DNA of 56,812 nucleotides, filler included, from Sphacelaria rigidula (GCA_964200075.2; 6 parts of 6 records of this genome joined end to end with filler, not necessarily neighbours in it), one strand, 5' to 3'. Positions 24,145-37,400 are shown, numbered from the whole stretch's first letter. Notes: a model not told the origin generated them from the letters alone. Made by a program: numbers and translations.

Positions 24145-27025
24145 CTGGGGCTGAACGACGATGCCAGCATGGCAAGCATGTCTCCGGGAGGGATGTCCGT
24201 GTCCTCCTTCGGTAGTAGCGTGCTGGGAGCCAAAGAAGAGCGCGCAAGGGAAAAACGGCGCCGCGAGGAGCTGAGAAGGAAGCTGGAGGGTCTACCTTCG
24301 GCCCAATACGAGTACGAGCTCGTTGCTGCAGAGGTGGGCGCAATTGATTGTCCGGTGGACGGGGGGGAAGAGGAGGAAGCAGTGAAAAGTTGAGTGGATG
24401 CACTTTTCAAAATTTGCTCAGGGTAGGGTAGGGTACTGAGTGTGATATCTTCTGAGATGCCGGTGTATTGGGTATACTGGAACACTGAGTATTTCCGACA
24501 GTCAACATAAGTACCCTGCGAAGTCTGGAATACCCCATCTCGGTGTGCCGGGTAGACGGGTTTACCCCAGCTCGTATCCCCGAATACATGGTTGGAACAT
24601 TTTTGAAACGTCGCTAAAACCCTAACTCACACCCTAATCCGTACCCAAGGCATACCCAGAACCCTCGGGCAAGGGGGCGTGCAAGGGGTGCCTTGGGCAA
24701 ACAAAGTGTGCGTTGGCAGACCTTACAAGCGGCGCCGATTTTTAATAAGATGCGTTCTGTGCGCGTTAGGGAACACTCGGGACTGTCAACGTCACCAAAG
24801 ATCCGAATATCGATGTTTACTCTAAAATCAAGCATGTTTCAACCATGGATTTGGAGATACGAACCGGGGCGGGGGGGCGTACTCATTTGTTGCTTGCCTT
24901 AGTCGTTTGACCAGTGACCACGCATTCCTTTCGAGACGGAGCACCGTTCCTACTCCTAATAGGAACACCTTCAACATTCCGACGCTCGTTACATTTTTCT
25001 CATACGTTACGTGAAAACTAGGGCTGTGAACTGGCTGCTCTGGCCAGTTAAGTTTAAATTGGCCGCGCCAGCGGCCAGTACATCGATTGATTTCCAGTTA
25101 ATCGGCTGCGCCGAGTACCTGGAAATCAATCGGCGGCGAGCGGCGGCTGGTGAGGGGGCCCCGCGGGAGCGCCGCCGGAGGCGAGAAAAATTGCAATATT
25201 TGGCTTGTTATTCCTTCAAAAATGTGGAAAATTGTAGAAAACCTAGATGTCTTGGATGACACAGGAGTGCCCGACAAAAAAGACTACGAGATCCTATGTA
25301 CCGCCCCGCCCCCCCGCCCTTCTCCCCCCCTCCCCCTCCCCGCCTCCGGCGGTCGTAGGATCTGTTTTCTTCACATCAAGAAACACTCGATAAATAGCCA
25401 GTTTGAGGCGACTTGGGTGAGGTAGCGCCCATGATTGTTGGCCTTATCTATCTGCCACCACAAGATGTGATGCACATTGGGCGCAAATTGACGGTGCAGA
25501 TAGTTGCGTCTAGCTTGATTGAGCAAGCAGTGCACAGCATAGTGGTATTTGTCTGGTCTTGTTCTTGTCGTGTAAGTGTGATGTGCAATGTATTGCAGAA
25601 ACCCATAAATGTAGCTTGGCCTTACTTGGCTCCGAAGGTAAGCGAAGAATTAGAGCTTCATGAACACGAATTATAATTTTTATATACCATTTTTGTTTTT
25701 CTTCATTTTCGTTTTTGTTTTATTGTGTATAAGATTTAGTACCTCCCCCCCCCCTCCCCTCGAAATACTCCAGGATTCAAAAAAGGGGCATAGGGTCTCG
25801 GGTTGTTTTTGTTGGGGCACTCTCGGATGACATTCAAATCCCATTCAAATCGGTGAGCGATTCGAAAACCATTCATCTGTACCATGCAGCTGCAGACTCT
25901 CCGTCAGGAGAGGATAATGCAATCAAGCCAAGGCTGGTAGCACGCGGAGCGCAAAATGATTGAAAACGATTGACGTCCGGACCCACCAGCACGCATGCAG
26001 TTGAATTGCAAACCATGGTGTACTTTGTATTTTGTGGTCGCGGATTACCGTTTGTGTGCTATTTTTGATTCCAGATGTATGTCGTGCTATGAAGCGACAA
26101 ATCTGGCATATATCCGCAATATCACTTCGAGGTGTAGTGACCACGAGTACTGTCCTGTACTATCTGTACCTGTACTGTTGTCAGGTGCAGGCCCTAGTCC
26201 TGTTGCCGTTTTGCTCGTGATCATGTAAGCATCTTTGTCATAAACGCACTATACTAAAAATAGTATAAACATAGCCGGTAACGGCAAACTTGAAATAAAC
26301 TGGAGTTCTCATCACCAGTTCCAGTTAAACTCCAGTTCCAGTTTAACTGCCAGTACAAACGGGTCCAGTTCACAGCCCTAGTAAAAACCGGTTCCATATC
26401 GTATCCCCGTCCCGTTTCGCCGTCTGTGGGCACTATCTATCTCCTAGTATGGCCATCGTTTTTCCATTCTGTCTCCTGCATCATACGATTTCATGCCACC
26501 TTCGTTCGCACCCCACGTTTTCCCCTCTAGCACGTCCCGTTCCTCCTTGCATAGTTGACATTTTGCCACTATGTGAGTTCCGCTTTCTATTGCTTGACCA
26601 CAGGGGCAATTCTGTGCATCTACGTCCTCCTCCTCTCGACTACTGGTTAATCTCTTTCTTTTTTCTGGCAGGTCCAGGTCCCCCACCCAAAATCGCATTT
26701 TCCAAAGTTTCGCCGCGTCAATTGGGCCATGTAGATGTGTTTTCACCCGTATCCCCTGCTATGAACTGGGATACGAACTGGGGGGGGGGAACTCTACTGG
26801 TACGGGGGAGGGCGCGTCAGCTCGATAACAGAAGAACAGTTGAGAGACAAAGATGTTCTTGTTTGCACCTTTCGCACAGGTGGAGGGCGAGACCGACGGT
26901 GCGCCTCTCCACGAGGAAGATGCGGCCGATCGCGGTGCTCGCTTGGCAAGAGAGCAAGCTGCCCGAGAGGAGGCGGGGTTCCGGAAGCGCTCTCAGGCTG
27001 TCCAGAGGGATCTACCCAGGCCAGG
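24145..27025 (+). CDS. CDC5: Pre-mRNA splicing factor CDC5/Cef1, two internal exons: 24145-24333 and 26880-27025
   Basis: LGLNDD...EELRRKLEGLPSAQYEYELVAAE spliced in phase 0 to VEGE...EEDAADRGARL...RKRSQAVQRDLPRP, matching the CDC5L region LGLPAPKNDFEI...EDAAD...AVQKDLPRP; canonical CAG/GT sites. Confidence 0.88.
24879..26770 (-). mobile_element. 5'-truncated LINE (ORF2 C-terminal zinc finger plus 3' end), split by a hAT MITE, in a CDC5 intron
   Basis: 26444-26746 encodes RFWVGDLDLPEKRKR...CPCGQAIESGTHIVAKC (LINE ORF2 C-terminal CCHC) and continues at 25010-24879. TSD-like GATACGAACYGGGG at 24856-24869 and 26770-26783. Confidence 0.85.
25019..26380. mobile_element. Non-autonomous hAT-like DNA transposon (1362 bp)
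   Basis: Perfect 16-bp TIRs TAGGGCTGTGAACTGG / CCAGTTCACAGCCCTA, 8-bp TSD GTGAAAAC / GTAAAAAC, subterminal CCAGTT repeats; no transposase ORF. Confidence 0.9.
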
Positions 27026-27864
27026 GTGGGTTGCTGGATATTGACCCGAAGGCGGGACGCTGTGGAGGATGATGCACAGAGTTTTACACCCTGGATAATG
27101 ACAACATAGTACATTGTCAAAACATGTACTGCGACAGCACGGCATCTGTTGTGTATCGCAAGAGACGCAACAGTCGGCACTGAACGCATTCCACTTTTTT
27201 ACAACGTATTCTATTTGTCATTATCCAGGGTGTGCAGAGTTTTTATCCCTTCTTTTTCCTTGCTCTCATTTCCTTCTGGAGGGTGACGGTAACTGTGTGT
27301 GCTGTTGATTGATACGTTTTGTTTTGTTCATTGTTCGTGGATAATGATTGACTGCAAATTGTGTGTTGTGTGTTTTGTTTTTGCTTTTTTTTACCCATGT
27401 GAAAGTGGATGGCTGTACTCTGTGTATGCAATTTTGTATCTCGTCGTTGTCGTGCAGTACTTGTTTTTCGTGTTGGCATCATCCAGTTTTGGTATGTTGG
27501 CCTTGTAGAGTGTTTGCAATTTTTTCTGTCTTCATGCATTATTGAGGTATTCATGCGGTCACTTTGTTCATGTTTTATATTGGCTTCTATACGAATGCAT
27601 ACCTTTGGCGACCGATAATTGTATGGTCCAAATACGGTGTTGAGAAACATGAGCGTCCAGGAAAAGATTGAGGGGAGTCTATATTCGATTGATGAATTAT
27701 CGCACTTTAACTAATCCGGGAAGCCTCCCGTGACAGAACAAGTCTGAAACACTCGCATAAGAAAATCGAAGAAAAGAGGAATAGAACAGACAAACAGAGT
27801 AAACGAAGAATATAAGAGAAGGAGAAAAAAGAAGAAAATATCCCAGAAAAAAAGAAGAGAGGAG

Positions 27865-27980
27865 AGGAAAGGAAAGGAAAGGAAAGGAAAGGAAAAGAAA
27901 GGAAAGGAAAGGAAAGGGTTTCGTAAGAGACACAACACTTTACAAGTGAAGTACTGTAACGAAACGAAACGAAACGAAAC
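27865..27980. repeat. (GGAAA)n and (GAAAC)n microsatellites
   Basis: Direct inspection. Confidence 0.9.
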
Positions 27981-28474
27981 TGATATCCAAGGCGATATTC
28001 AACTATGAAAAAGTCGTGAAAATAGACGATTGAACACGATCCACTTATAAACTTGTAAAAAACGTGCTATAGATGGAGTCATACCACAAAACGTTAACCC
28101 CTGACTTGAGCAATACCGTAAGCTGAATATCTTTGTGGGTGTCGTGATACTGATTTTCGCACAGTAACTGATCCCAGGGGCACCCAGGAGGTCGCAAGAT
28201 GAAACGTCATTTTCCAGTCAAACGAAATATTCTAAGTTTGGTGGGGAGCATTGGATTTTTGGACGTGTTGATTGGTCTTGCTTATTTCACCCCCCCTCCC
28301 CCCCGAACTCCCAACCTCACCGCCCCAACAATGCCCCCAGCAACACCACCCTCCCGCNNNNNNNNNNNNNNNNNNNNNNNNNNNNNNNNNNNNNNNNNNN
28401 NTTAATTAATTAANNNNNNNNNNNNNNNNNNNNNNNNNNNNNNNNNNNNNNNNNNNNCCCCCTCCTTATGCTCC

Positions 28475-28561
28475 TTCTCGAAAGGGATGTGTGGTCAATG
28501 GTCAAACGATGGTCAATGATCGAACGACTAAGGCAAGCAACAAATGAGTACGCCCCCCCCC
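28475..28561 (+). mobile_element. LINE 3'-end fragment ending in a C-run
   Basis: tctcgaaagggatgtgtggtcaatggtcaaacg...actaaggcaagcaacaaatgagtacgccccccccc. Confidence 0.85.
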
Positions 28562-28820
28562 CTGTACATTTGGTGTTGCGGATTGAATGATTACTCCCGC
28601 ACCCGTACCAAACTTCCTTCGCTACTCACGTCATCAATTTTTCAACGACGAAAACCAGATACTCGTGAGAAAAGAACGCAATTGAGTTGCTCGTATCTGC
28701 TGGAGATCGAACCCCCAACCCGCTTCACCTGGCTTCAAGGTTTACCAGCCAGACCGCGGAGGCGAGTTTGTGTCCGTTTTAATTTCCAACCATTGTGCGC
28801 ATGTCTACGTTGCCGTGCAG

Positions 28821-29794
28821 CACCTATCTACGCTGCCCCCGAATGAATGGACGGACTCGGTGACAGAAGATGGAGAACTGGAGACGCAGCCGATGAAAGA
28901 GCTAATTAAGCTAAAGACAGCATTCGCTCAGGCCCGTCGGCTCTTGCGGGAAATGGGAGAGGTAGAGCGGAATTATTCTTTACTGGGAGTCCGGCTGTCT
29001 TTTGTAGTACTGCCCCAGGCAGAAGAAACTTGTGAAGAAGAAGCTTGAAGCACATGAACCATGAATCGACCAACTTGGAAGACATCTTCAGGAGTGTATC
29101 GCCAGTACAAACGAGCGTCATAGAGACTATTTGTGTCTTACCACCGTGATCGAAGTGCTCCGGTTGATGCATGCTGTATATGCTGTATGAGCTATTTTCA
29201 GCTGCACCACATCGACAGGTGTTTCGTACATGTTCCGAACTTGCCACGTAAGAACCAAGCGCCCCAACAAAATAGTGATGCCGCGCACACACTACTTGGG
29301 GGTCGCGTTTCCGGTTTTTCATGTCGCCATCTAAAGGACATGGGTACCGTGAATTTGTATGTGTCTCGAATTTCACCAAGGAATTTCAATGTGCGTGGTC
29401 TGTAATTAGTATTTGCTTGCACTTGAAGCCAACACCATATCCCGCCTGCGTGTTCTGGCAGCATGCGGGGGTGCCCATCGAGCCTCCTGTGCAAACGGCA
29501 TTGGTGGACGCCACGTGCGACCTTCCTGGGGTCTTGTGTGCTGGGGTGCCTGGCGCGGGGGGAGTGGATGCGGTTTTTGCCATCACCGTAGACCCAGATT
29601 CGGAGGGCGGAGTGCGAGAACTTTGGGCGAGGTGGCGAGTAAGGGGCGGGGACGTTGCCTCAGCGAATGGTGCACTGGTGGAGGCGCCGGAGAAGGGTGG
29701 TGGGGAGGGATTTGTGTGTCCCCTGTTGCTCGCGGCTTCAGAAGGTGGCCTTCAAGGGGGCATGTTATGCACGCAACAGATGGCTTGGGAATAG
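28821..29794 (+). CDS. PMK: Phosphomevalonate kinase (ERG8/plant type, GHMP family), last two exons: 28821-28961 and 29462-29794
   Basis: AFAQARRLLREMGE|HAGVPIEPPVQTALVDATCDLPGVLCAGVPGAGGVDAVFAI is the characteristic ERG8-type C-terminal motif; phase-0 CAG/GT junctions; stop TAG at 29792-29794. Confidence 0.92.
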
Positions 29795-30867
29795 ATCCTA
29801 CCCGTACAGGGTATTCTTGGTGTAGTGGCGCTTGGTTTGACGAGCGGCGTGATATTATTGTCAAGTTAGCGGGTAGGGGGAACACGTCGAACGTACTGCA
29901 AGGTCGCTTCAAGTCGTATCAATCACACTTGTACTGGCGTCGTGGAAGAGAGCGTCGCCGGAGCGTCACCTTTTTGTGGTCAAAGTTTTGAGATCCGTGA
30001 TCAATATAATAGCTGTCATCGTCTGGTTTGTACAGAGGCTGTCCCGACGAATCAACAGTAGATGCAACAGGAACGTTTGGTTAGCTCGAACACATACACC
30101 CCACACCCCACGTTGACGAGCTGACAGATCATGGACACGAAACGCTAAGTCTATCTGGTGAAGGAAATATTCATGTCTTGAGCAGGTTTCAATCTACACC
30201 CCGTTTCCTTGCTATCGCCCAGGCCCATCTTGGCTACCTCGCAGCGCTTGTGCCGTGCCCTGCGCGAAAGCGAGTGTGTGCACAGATACGGGGGGGGCTT
30301 GGGGCTGAAAGAGAATTGGGCTTCCATAATCGTTTCTTGTAATTGATTTTTCTTCTGCTAGAACTTTCTCTTGCTGCAGCGCTTACTCTTGGTGTGCTTA
30401 CCGGAACTTTTCTTCGTGCGAGCATGGCTTTGTCCACAAGTGACAAACTCGCCACGGCTTGTCGCTGGGTTTTCGCCGTAACCCCCGAACTCGGATTTGG
30501 TGAAGTTCTCCTTCTGCGCAGCGTGGCATGTCGAAATGGGCATGGTGTACGAGTTGCAATGGGATTTGGGGAGCACAAGTAACTACTTTCATATGGTGAC
30601 AAAAATAACTTGTTATCGCGCGTGATCTTACGAGACTCTCGCAACTCCAGTTGGTATCGAAAATCCGTGTTGCTGCAAAGAGAGGTGTGGATGCTTGTCC
30701 GAAAAATGGATAGCTTTGCCTCCACGTATGTGCGTAGGAGAGAGCTCACGAATGAGGGACGTTCTCAACCCTTAACGGCGAGAGTAGGTCATCTCTTGAA
30801 TCAGCATTAGTTCACCTGAAAAAAATATGCATGATCCAGATGGACTACCCTCGCGGTCTACGGCTTG

Positions 30868-31035
30868 ACGGGAACTTGCTTTCAGGCTTTTTCGACTTTT
30901 TCGGGAAAAATTGTGACTTCTCAAAAACAAGAGCGCTGAAAGAGTAATTCCAACGCTGAATTTTCCGAGTGATATTTTTCGGGAAATTATTTTCTCCGAA
31001 AAAGTCGGAACAATCTGAAAAAAACAGTCCCGTTC
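30868..31035. repeat. Imperfect inverted repeat (MITE-like hairpin)
   Basis: acgggaac..tttcagg..tcgactttttcgggaaaaatt versus aattattttctccgaaaaagtcgg..ctgaaa..gtcccgt. Confidence 0.6.
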
Positions 31036-31179
31036 ATAACGACCCTAACGAGACCTTAGACTTGCATTTGCGTTGCATGTGATTACACAATATGCGAGCG
31101 CATCGGAAGAGGGAAGCGTTGTGAATTATGTGCTCCCCGTCTCGCTAAATATCCACAGCCTACATGTTTGAGTCATTAA

Positions 31180-31627
31180 CCCTTTTGGCACTGGTGACGG
31201 AAAAGTGTACATTTCGAGGTGCCGTTTTTTTATGACATCTTGTTACATTTTTACAGCTTTCACGCATCATGACTAATAGCCCGAGCCGTGTTTTTCAGAC
31301 CCGTATAAAAATGTATATACGAAAAACAAAGCTGTGGTGCCAATTTTTGTTTGTGTAAAGTTTCGGCACGCAAGTGCCAGTTTTTTTCTTTGTGCACTAA
31401 GTTGAATACACTTGACCCGTTGCGTCCCTTCCTTGCACATAACTAATCCGACAGCACCGGGGTGACACTTTTGGTGCGCGCTTGACGCACGCTAGTGGAT
31501 TTTTCTCTGGCCATCCGCCGTGAAAATGGTTGCCGTCGGTCGTTATGTTCCCATCTTTTCTTCTTTGCGAGAGCTCGAGCCAATGAGACGTCTGGCCCGG
31601 GGACGGAAGGGGAGGGTTCCCAAAGGG
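31180..31627. mobile_element. Possible piggyBac-like MITE
   Basis: TTAA-CCCTTTTGGCAC at left and GTTCCCAAAGGG-TTAT at right (10/12 TIR match, degenerate TTAA TSD). Confidence 0.4.
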
Positions 31628-33330
31628 TTATTGAAATATGTTCCCCATTCGTGAAGCCAAAAAAAAATGGCTATCACCATCTATCTGCCTCGCCTTGCTG
31701 ACACCGGTGCGGCACTTGGGCTCAGAATCTTCGTCCCTCCCATAAGCGGTTGTTTCGATGTTCTAGAATGTCTAGCAGAACCAGTCGCCGCTGGACTGAT
31801 CACCCTTGCCCCTCCTGAGACCGGCTGCTCCGAGGCAGCAGTAGTTTTCACCGGGCTAGTGGCTAAACTTGTCTTCGTTGCGCCCCTATTGGACCCCAAG
31901 CTAGACGGCGCTGCCGCCCCGCCATCCAGCTCCCCGGCCGGTTTTGCTGTGGCGGGCGCGTAGGCGTTCCCTGGCTGGAACACGGGTCGCACAATCGTCC
32001 AGAGATCAAGGGGGTTTCATGTTATGACACCACAGCACGATGGCGTGAGAGCCTCGAGTTCCTATTTCTTCTATGGGGTACGAACAGCCCCTCTGTAGGT
32101 TCTAGTGTGAGGTTCTTATTCAGGCACCACAACTTGTGGTAAAGTTCTTTATATTTTGAAAACTTCGAGCCTGCAAGCTTTCAAGTGGTGGGTGGCACCA
32201 CCTGTAAACATTTGCGTCATCTCATGCATATCCCAGCACGATGTGGTGAGCCTCTTCACTGGCGTTCTACAAAAAACACTGTTCACCGAGTACCGAGAAC
32301 TTTTTCTTAGCAGGGTCTCTTTTTCAACCTCGACAATTTGAAAGAGTCCATTGAAGATGCTATCACACGTCGTTATTCCTCGAAACAACGAAAGCAGTAG
32401 TCCACTCGCGCCTGAGGGTGCATACCTCTTTTTCACCGTTCGATCTGTCGGGATCTTCGACCGCGTAGACCTTATGGGTCTTCACAGTACCCCAGCTCAC
32501 GGCCTTTTTTTGTTCCCCCACAACGTTGGTGTTGCCGACGTCAGATCCCGCCTCGTTTTTAGTCTGCGAATCATTCTGCGCCTGTACAACGACATCTGTT
32601 TGCCCCCAGTTGAGTGAGACACGTGATCCGCGGAGGGTGTAGGACAATGTGAGTCGTCGGTCCACCCAAGAAGTCTGGAATGAGATTAATCGACGAGCAA
32701 GTCCAAATCGATTGTTCTGTAGTCGGCTGTTCCTGAGGTGGATTTTCGCGTGGCATTGCCAGTGAATGACAGTAACAGTTGCACCATTGGTGTTTCTTGA
32801 TTGGTTTCATCCATTTTCGCACATGAAAATGATTCGCGCCATGAAATCCAGGTGTGGCCTCAAGACACAGACGTACCCGAGGTGAACAGGGGCAAAACAT
32901 GCGCCGAAAAAAACGAGAGAAATGACAAAAATGATAAATGCAGCAGAAAACAAAAGAAAGGAAGAAAGGGGGGGGGGGGGGAGAAGCAAGTAAAAAAAGA
33001 AGGAAGGAGAAAAAGAAACGACAAAACTACATTCGAGAAGGGAAGAGAGAAANNNNNNNNNNAAAAAGAAAAAAAAAAAAAGGAAAGGGGGGAGGGGGGG
33101 GGGGGGGGGGAACGCCAGTCCAAAAAGTAGGAATGAGTACGAGAAAACCCCAACATACTTCTGTCAAGGCTCGAGGTAAATAAGGTAAGGAGTCTGGACG
33201 AAAAAGAAACACGTGGAATCGGGTTGCGACTCAGCTCTCTGAACACCATACTATCATTATCAAGCCAGGGACTCTCAGGCGTCAACTCTCTAGGGGGAAA
33301 ACTAAAAAAACTCATGTAGCTAGCTCAGGG

Positions 33331-33372
33331 TGTACTCATGATCATGCATGCCATAGCCAAAGGACCATTGAT
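33331..33372 (-). mobile_element. 42-bp extreme 5'-truncated LINE tail (second subfamily) with a perfect 16-bp TSD
   Basis: TGTAGCTAGCTCAGGG at 33315-33330 and 33373-33388 flanks tgtactcatgatcatgcatgccatagcc..ggaccattga; the same tail occurs on + at 37944-37998. Confidence 0.8.
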
Positions 33373-36007
33373 TGTAGCTAGCTCAGGGGGGAAACATTGC
33401 TAGTCTACAAAGTGTTGTCCATGAATATATTGTACCACAAACGGATCATGACGTTTTTCTGGCTCGGAAGGTGATCGAAGCGGATCCGCAGAAATGGTCA
33501 GCTGACCGGGGTCTACTGCCCATGCATTTGATTACTGCACACTCGACTCTACGCACGGGGCAAGAAAAAATCGATTCGGACCCCCTCAAAAGAGTTCAAT
33601 CACCTAGTCTGAACCGCTACGTCGTGTGGAGTATCGACCGGGCGAGAAGAAAACACTTCCGAAAGAAATAACGAGCAGCTTGAGTCTTCACCTCATTCCT
33701 GCTGGCAGCGGAAATACGGCAATTTTCAATCTGTGCATGATTTCAGTGCGTTACCATCTTTCGCATTTTTGCGGAAATATCGAGCGCCTAGTCATGCGGG
33801 AAAGCTTCGCGCCTCCCCCGTGGTCGTTATCCTAGTAACACGGCGTAGACACTGAATGGTAGATCCCCAAGGCGTTGTGTGCATGGCTTGTGGGGTGTTT
33901 TTGCTGCCCGAATGTTTCGTTTTTACATTGCTGCTGTCATGAACGGCTCTTCTGGTTATCGAGAGCACAAGCGTGCACAAGTTCTCGTGAATCGGCGCTT
34001 GTCCACGCCTTGTGCAGCCGGGGACAGTGGACCTCAGAAGGTGATGGGTGGTTGCGTCTCAGATCTGTGTCATCACATCCCTGCATGCTTTTCTCCTCAT
34101 GGTCCGTACGTTATCATTGTTCACAAGCAGAGTGTTTTTGTGGAGGGCAAGGTGTTTTTCAAGAAGAATTCAAGAAGATGAAAAACAAATGTTGGAAGAA
34201 AGAACTAAATACTTTCGAAAATGGTTTTCGGGTGGAGGCAACGGGGGCTACAGCAGCGACCAGTGAAATGACATTTCTCGCGCAGTGTTCTATTGCAGTT
34301 GCAATTTTGGTCCCCTCCAGACGCGCCCTTAAAAACTGGGGCTCCCAGTTTATATACCAGAAACTTGTTCCGAGGCTGGTCATTCACAGCTGGTGGTGAC
34401 TATCACACGAGTATATACCCAGTAGAACATTATACCGGGAAGAGATGGATAGATCCCTTGAGACCACGGGCTCGTTACGAGAAAGGAAAGGGGTTGGAGG
34501 TGTCATGGAGGAAATGCATGTAATGGCGATATGCCCACCAAATGTAGACATGCTATAGCGTAGGGTTCGAAGGCCATCACCCAAGCTCATCCCGAAAATG
34601 AAAAGACTTTGTCTGATACTATCGTAAACAAGAGCACAACACACGGGGGTTCGGCACAAGCAGTTCTGTATCCTGCAAACGACGAACGATGGACACAAGG
34701 GGCGTGACTACCGTAGTAGCTCGCAGCAAATTGTGCACGCGTACAGCAGCAGCAACACCAACAACATCTGACCGACGAAACAACTTGATAGCACCAGTTT
34801 TAAATGGTCGTTGGGTTAGTACCGCATTCTTTTCGCGTAGCGGGTTACCGGATGGCGAGAGACTCCCTGCGGGTTCCGGTACCGCTACCGACCACTGGTT
34901 GATTGACTGTTTTTTTGGTTGGTTGTAGTGCTCACGTTAAGGTATCCCAAAGCATCCAGGCGTGGTCAATATCCACAAAATAGATGTACCCACGGCTAAC
35001 AAAACGAAAGCACTCGCTGAAAAAAAAAGTGAAAGGAAATTGGAAGATTGAAATAAAAAGGTACAACAAACGAAGGGAGTAAACTGAAAAACACAAAAAG
35101 TTGGTCAAAGCAAAAACAAAAGAAGGTAGAAACACGGTTCGGACGAAGACATCGTGATTCTGTGGGAGATATCCCTTAGCAGTGACATATCAGAGACTGA
35201 TGTCACACATGTATACAGACCCAGTGCAAGCAGGGACGAGGTAGGAACGTTCCGGAAGGACCAGATTCCCCGAGGACCCTGTAATGCCAACGAAACTAGA
35301 CAACTCGGGGTGATGCCAGGAAGAGCCTAATATTCAGGACGGTCCAACATCCCCCGAGGAACCCGGTCGCCTCCAGCGACCACTCTGTGTCTGACCCACT
35401 TCTTGCCTACATCTCACAAGAGGAAATCATCGTCAGCTTCGGAGTTCCCTCGGCATCAGGACGATATCTCTTGGAACAGCCTCTTCCTTAGTCTGTCCCC
35501 CCTTGGATACGTCCTCCTTACACTGGCGACACCAGATTAAAACTCAAGTAAGACATCTAGTAGTAGGGCACACGTCTTTCATAAGAAGAAATCCGCCCAC
35601 AAAAAATTCACTAGAACAACTACTCAGGGAAGGGCCACCGCGAAGACCCTCCAACATTCAACCGCGGCCGTCACACCATCAGCTTCCACCTCGGCGGCGA
35701 AATCGGCAGAGTCCAGAGGCGCAGCACAGTCAGTAGTACCTGCGCCGGCCGACACAACGCTGCCCGCTCAACCCCCGTATAGCCACGGGGGGAAAAGCGA
35801 CAGCGACAACTCCGAGGGCTCTGAGCGGAGCAACGATATCCGTCAGGTGTCCACCAGTAGGTTTGATGCGCTTCGCGACCCCACCAATTTATCCTCATCC
35901 TCTACACCAACCCCTACGTCACAACCCACCGTCAAAGAAAGGCAGCAGAGCTCGCATATAGGGCGTGGGAGAGGAGTGACGAGGAGGGGACGGAGCCAGC
36001 TCCGTGG

Positions 36008-37400
36008 GTGATTCAAGCTTTGGGGTTTTCAGTGCCGCAGGAACAGGGAGTTTCACAGGTATCGAAATCGAGCAACCCAGTAGCGTCGGAAATAGAACAT
36101 CTAAGTAACCGTACGATGCTACAAAACAATACAAGTAAGCCCCAGAATAGTGTCAACGATCCAGTCGATAATTTCGAGGTCGAACTGCCTAACACTACGC
36201 CGATCCAATCCACAGAGAGCTCAGGGACTTTGACGTTAGAACCGCCAACAAGCCTCACTAACGTACAAGAAAACAGCCACAACATAGAGCCTCTGCCTAG
36301 TTCAGTGCTGACTCCGCCATCTACAAGCCAGAGTAGCACCATGAGAACTCAATTTTTTTCGATGAAACAATCGGATCTTCCATCAACGTCAATCCTAGAA
36401 GGAAAACGGAGTGAAGACGTGCCAGCAATTCTTGATGCGTTTCTCAATCGAGTTAGGGTTCATGCCCCTGAAGATTGCACAGAATCCACAGTACAACGGC
36501 ACGCCATAAAACACTTACCACTTATTCTCAGAGGGTCAGCAGAAAAGCTATACACCCCTCTCGGAAGCGGAAAAGTAGAGTGGCGTCCACTAGCTGTACT
36601 GCAGGACCTCAAATCGAGAGGAGAAGATACCGCACCCATCGCCCCGGAAACATGGACAGAATGGGTAGCGGCCTACACTCATCGCTTCTCTCCACCAAAC
36701 CAACCAGCAGTGTTTGCCCGTGCAATAGCCGATCTGAAACAAAAAAAAGATCAGAACGTAGACGGCTATGCACTGGAGTGTACGACTTCGATGGACAGAT
36801 TCGTGACCGAGCCTTGCGGTTGAAATTCCCTGGCCACGACACGCTTCGCTTCATAATAGACATGATCACACCAGCAGCATTTGAGACCGGGCTCAAACCC
36901 CATATCAGAGTTGAAATGATGAGAGAAGATAGTACGCTCGACTTCCAAACTGCGACAGCACGAGCGAAAAAACATGAACAAAACAATCTTCGCACATGGC
37001 CAAACCAAACGGGAGACACTCCCCATGTCTCGGCCGCAACTGTAGATTCCCCACGTCCACAGCTAGCGGAAATGATAGCCGATCATGGCGCAATCCCCAC
37101 GGATCTTCAGTCGCAGTCAAAAACGATCAAAGGAGAGAGAGGGACAGCGGAGAAACGGTCTGCTAGCAGAGACAGGAGCGCGAATAGATCAGGGGGAGAG
37201 TTGAAAAAAGCACGCTTCAAAGACAGTAACGATAAGAGTACATCCAACGACAAGTAGTTGAGCGGTAAAACGAAAAAATCGGTCCGTTGTGAGCACGCAC
37301 CATGCAGGTACAAGAACACACACGAGACAGCGGATTGCCGCCTTATGCAGAGCCATGTAGAGTTTGCTAAAAAGTACAACCCGTGAAGGCGCCCAAGAGA
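36008..37400 (+). pseudogene. gag: Gag of a second Ty3/Gypsy-type LTR retrotransposon family (frameshift ~36815, stop 37255)
   Basis: TWTEWVAAYTHRF...IADLKQKKDQNVDGYA (retrotransposon gag core), AFETGLKPHIRVEM, and a zinc-knuckle-like CEHAPCRYKNTHETADC at ~37288-37340. Confidence 0.7.

Noticed and set aside
30234-32700. Short ORFs as possible transposase remnants
   Set aside because: No catalytic or family motif recognisable in any frame I examined.
34125-34520. ECFCG and GGDYHTSIY peptides reminiscent of a WSC domain
   Set aside because: Could not build a consistent exon chain with the required cysteines; too weak to call.
37381-37395. TGA AGG CGC CC after the zinc knuckle of the contig-4 gag, resembling the readthrough motif
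   Set aside because: Only a partial match, no hairpin seen, and easily a CGA-to-TGA mutation in an Arg run; this copy has other stops.
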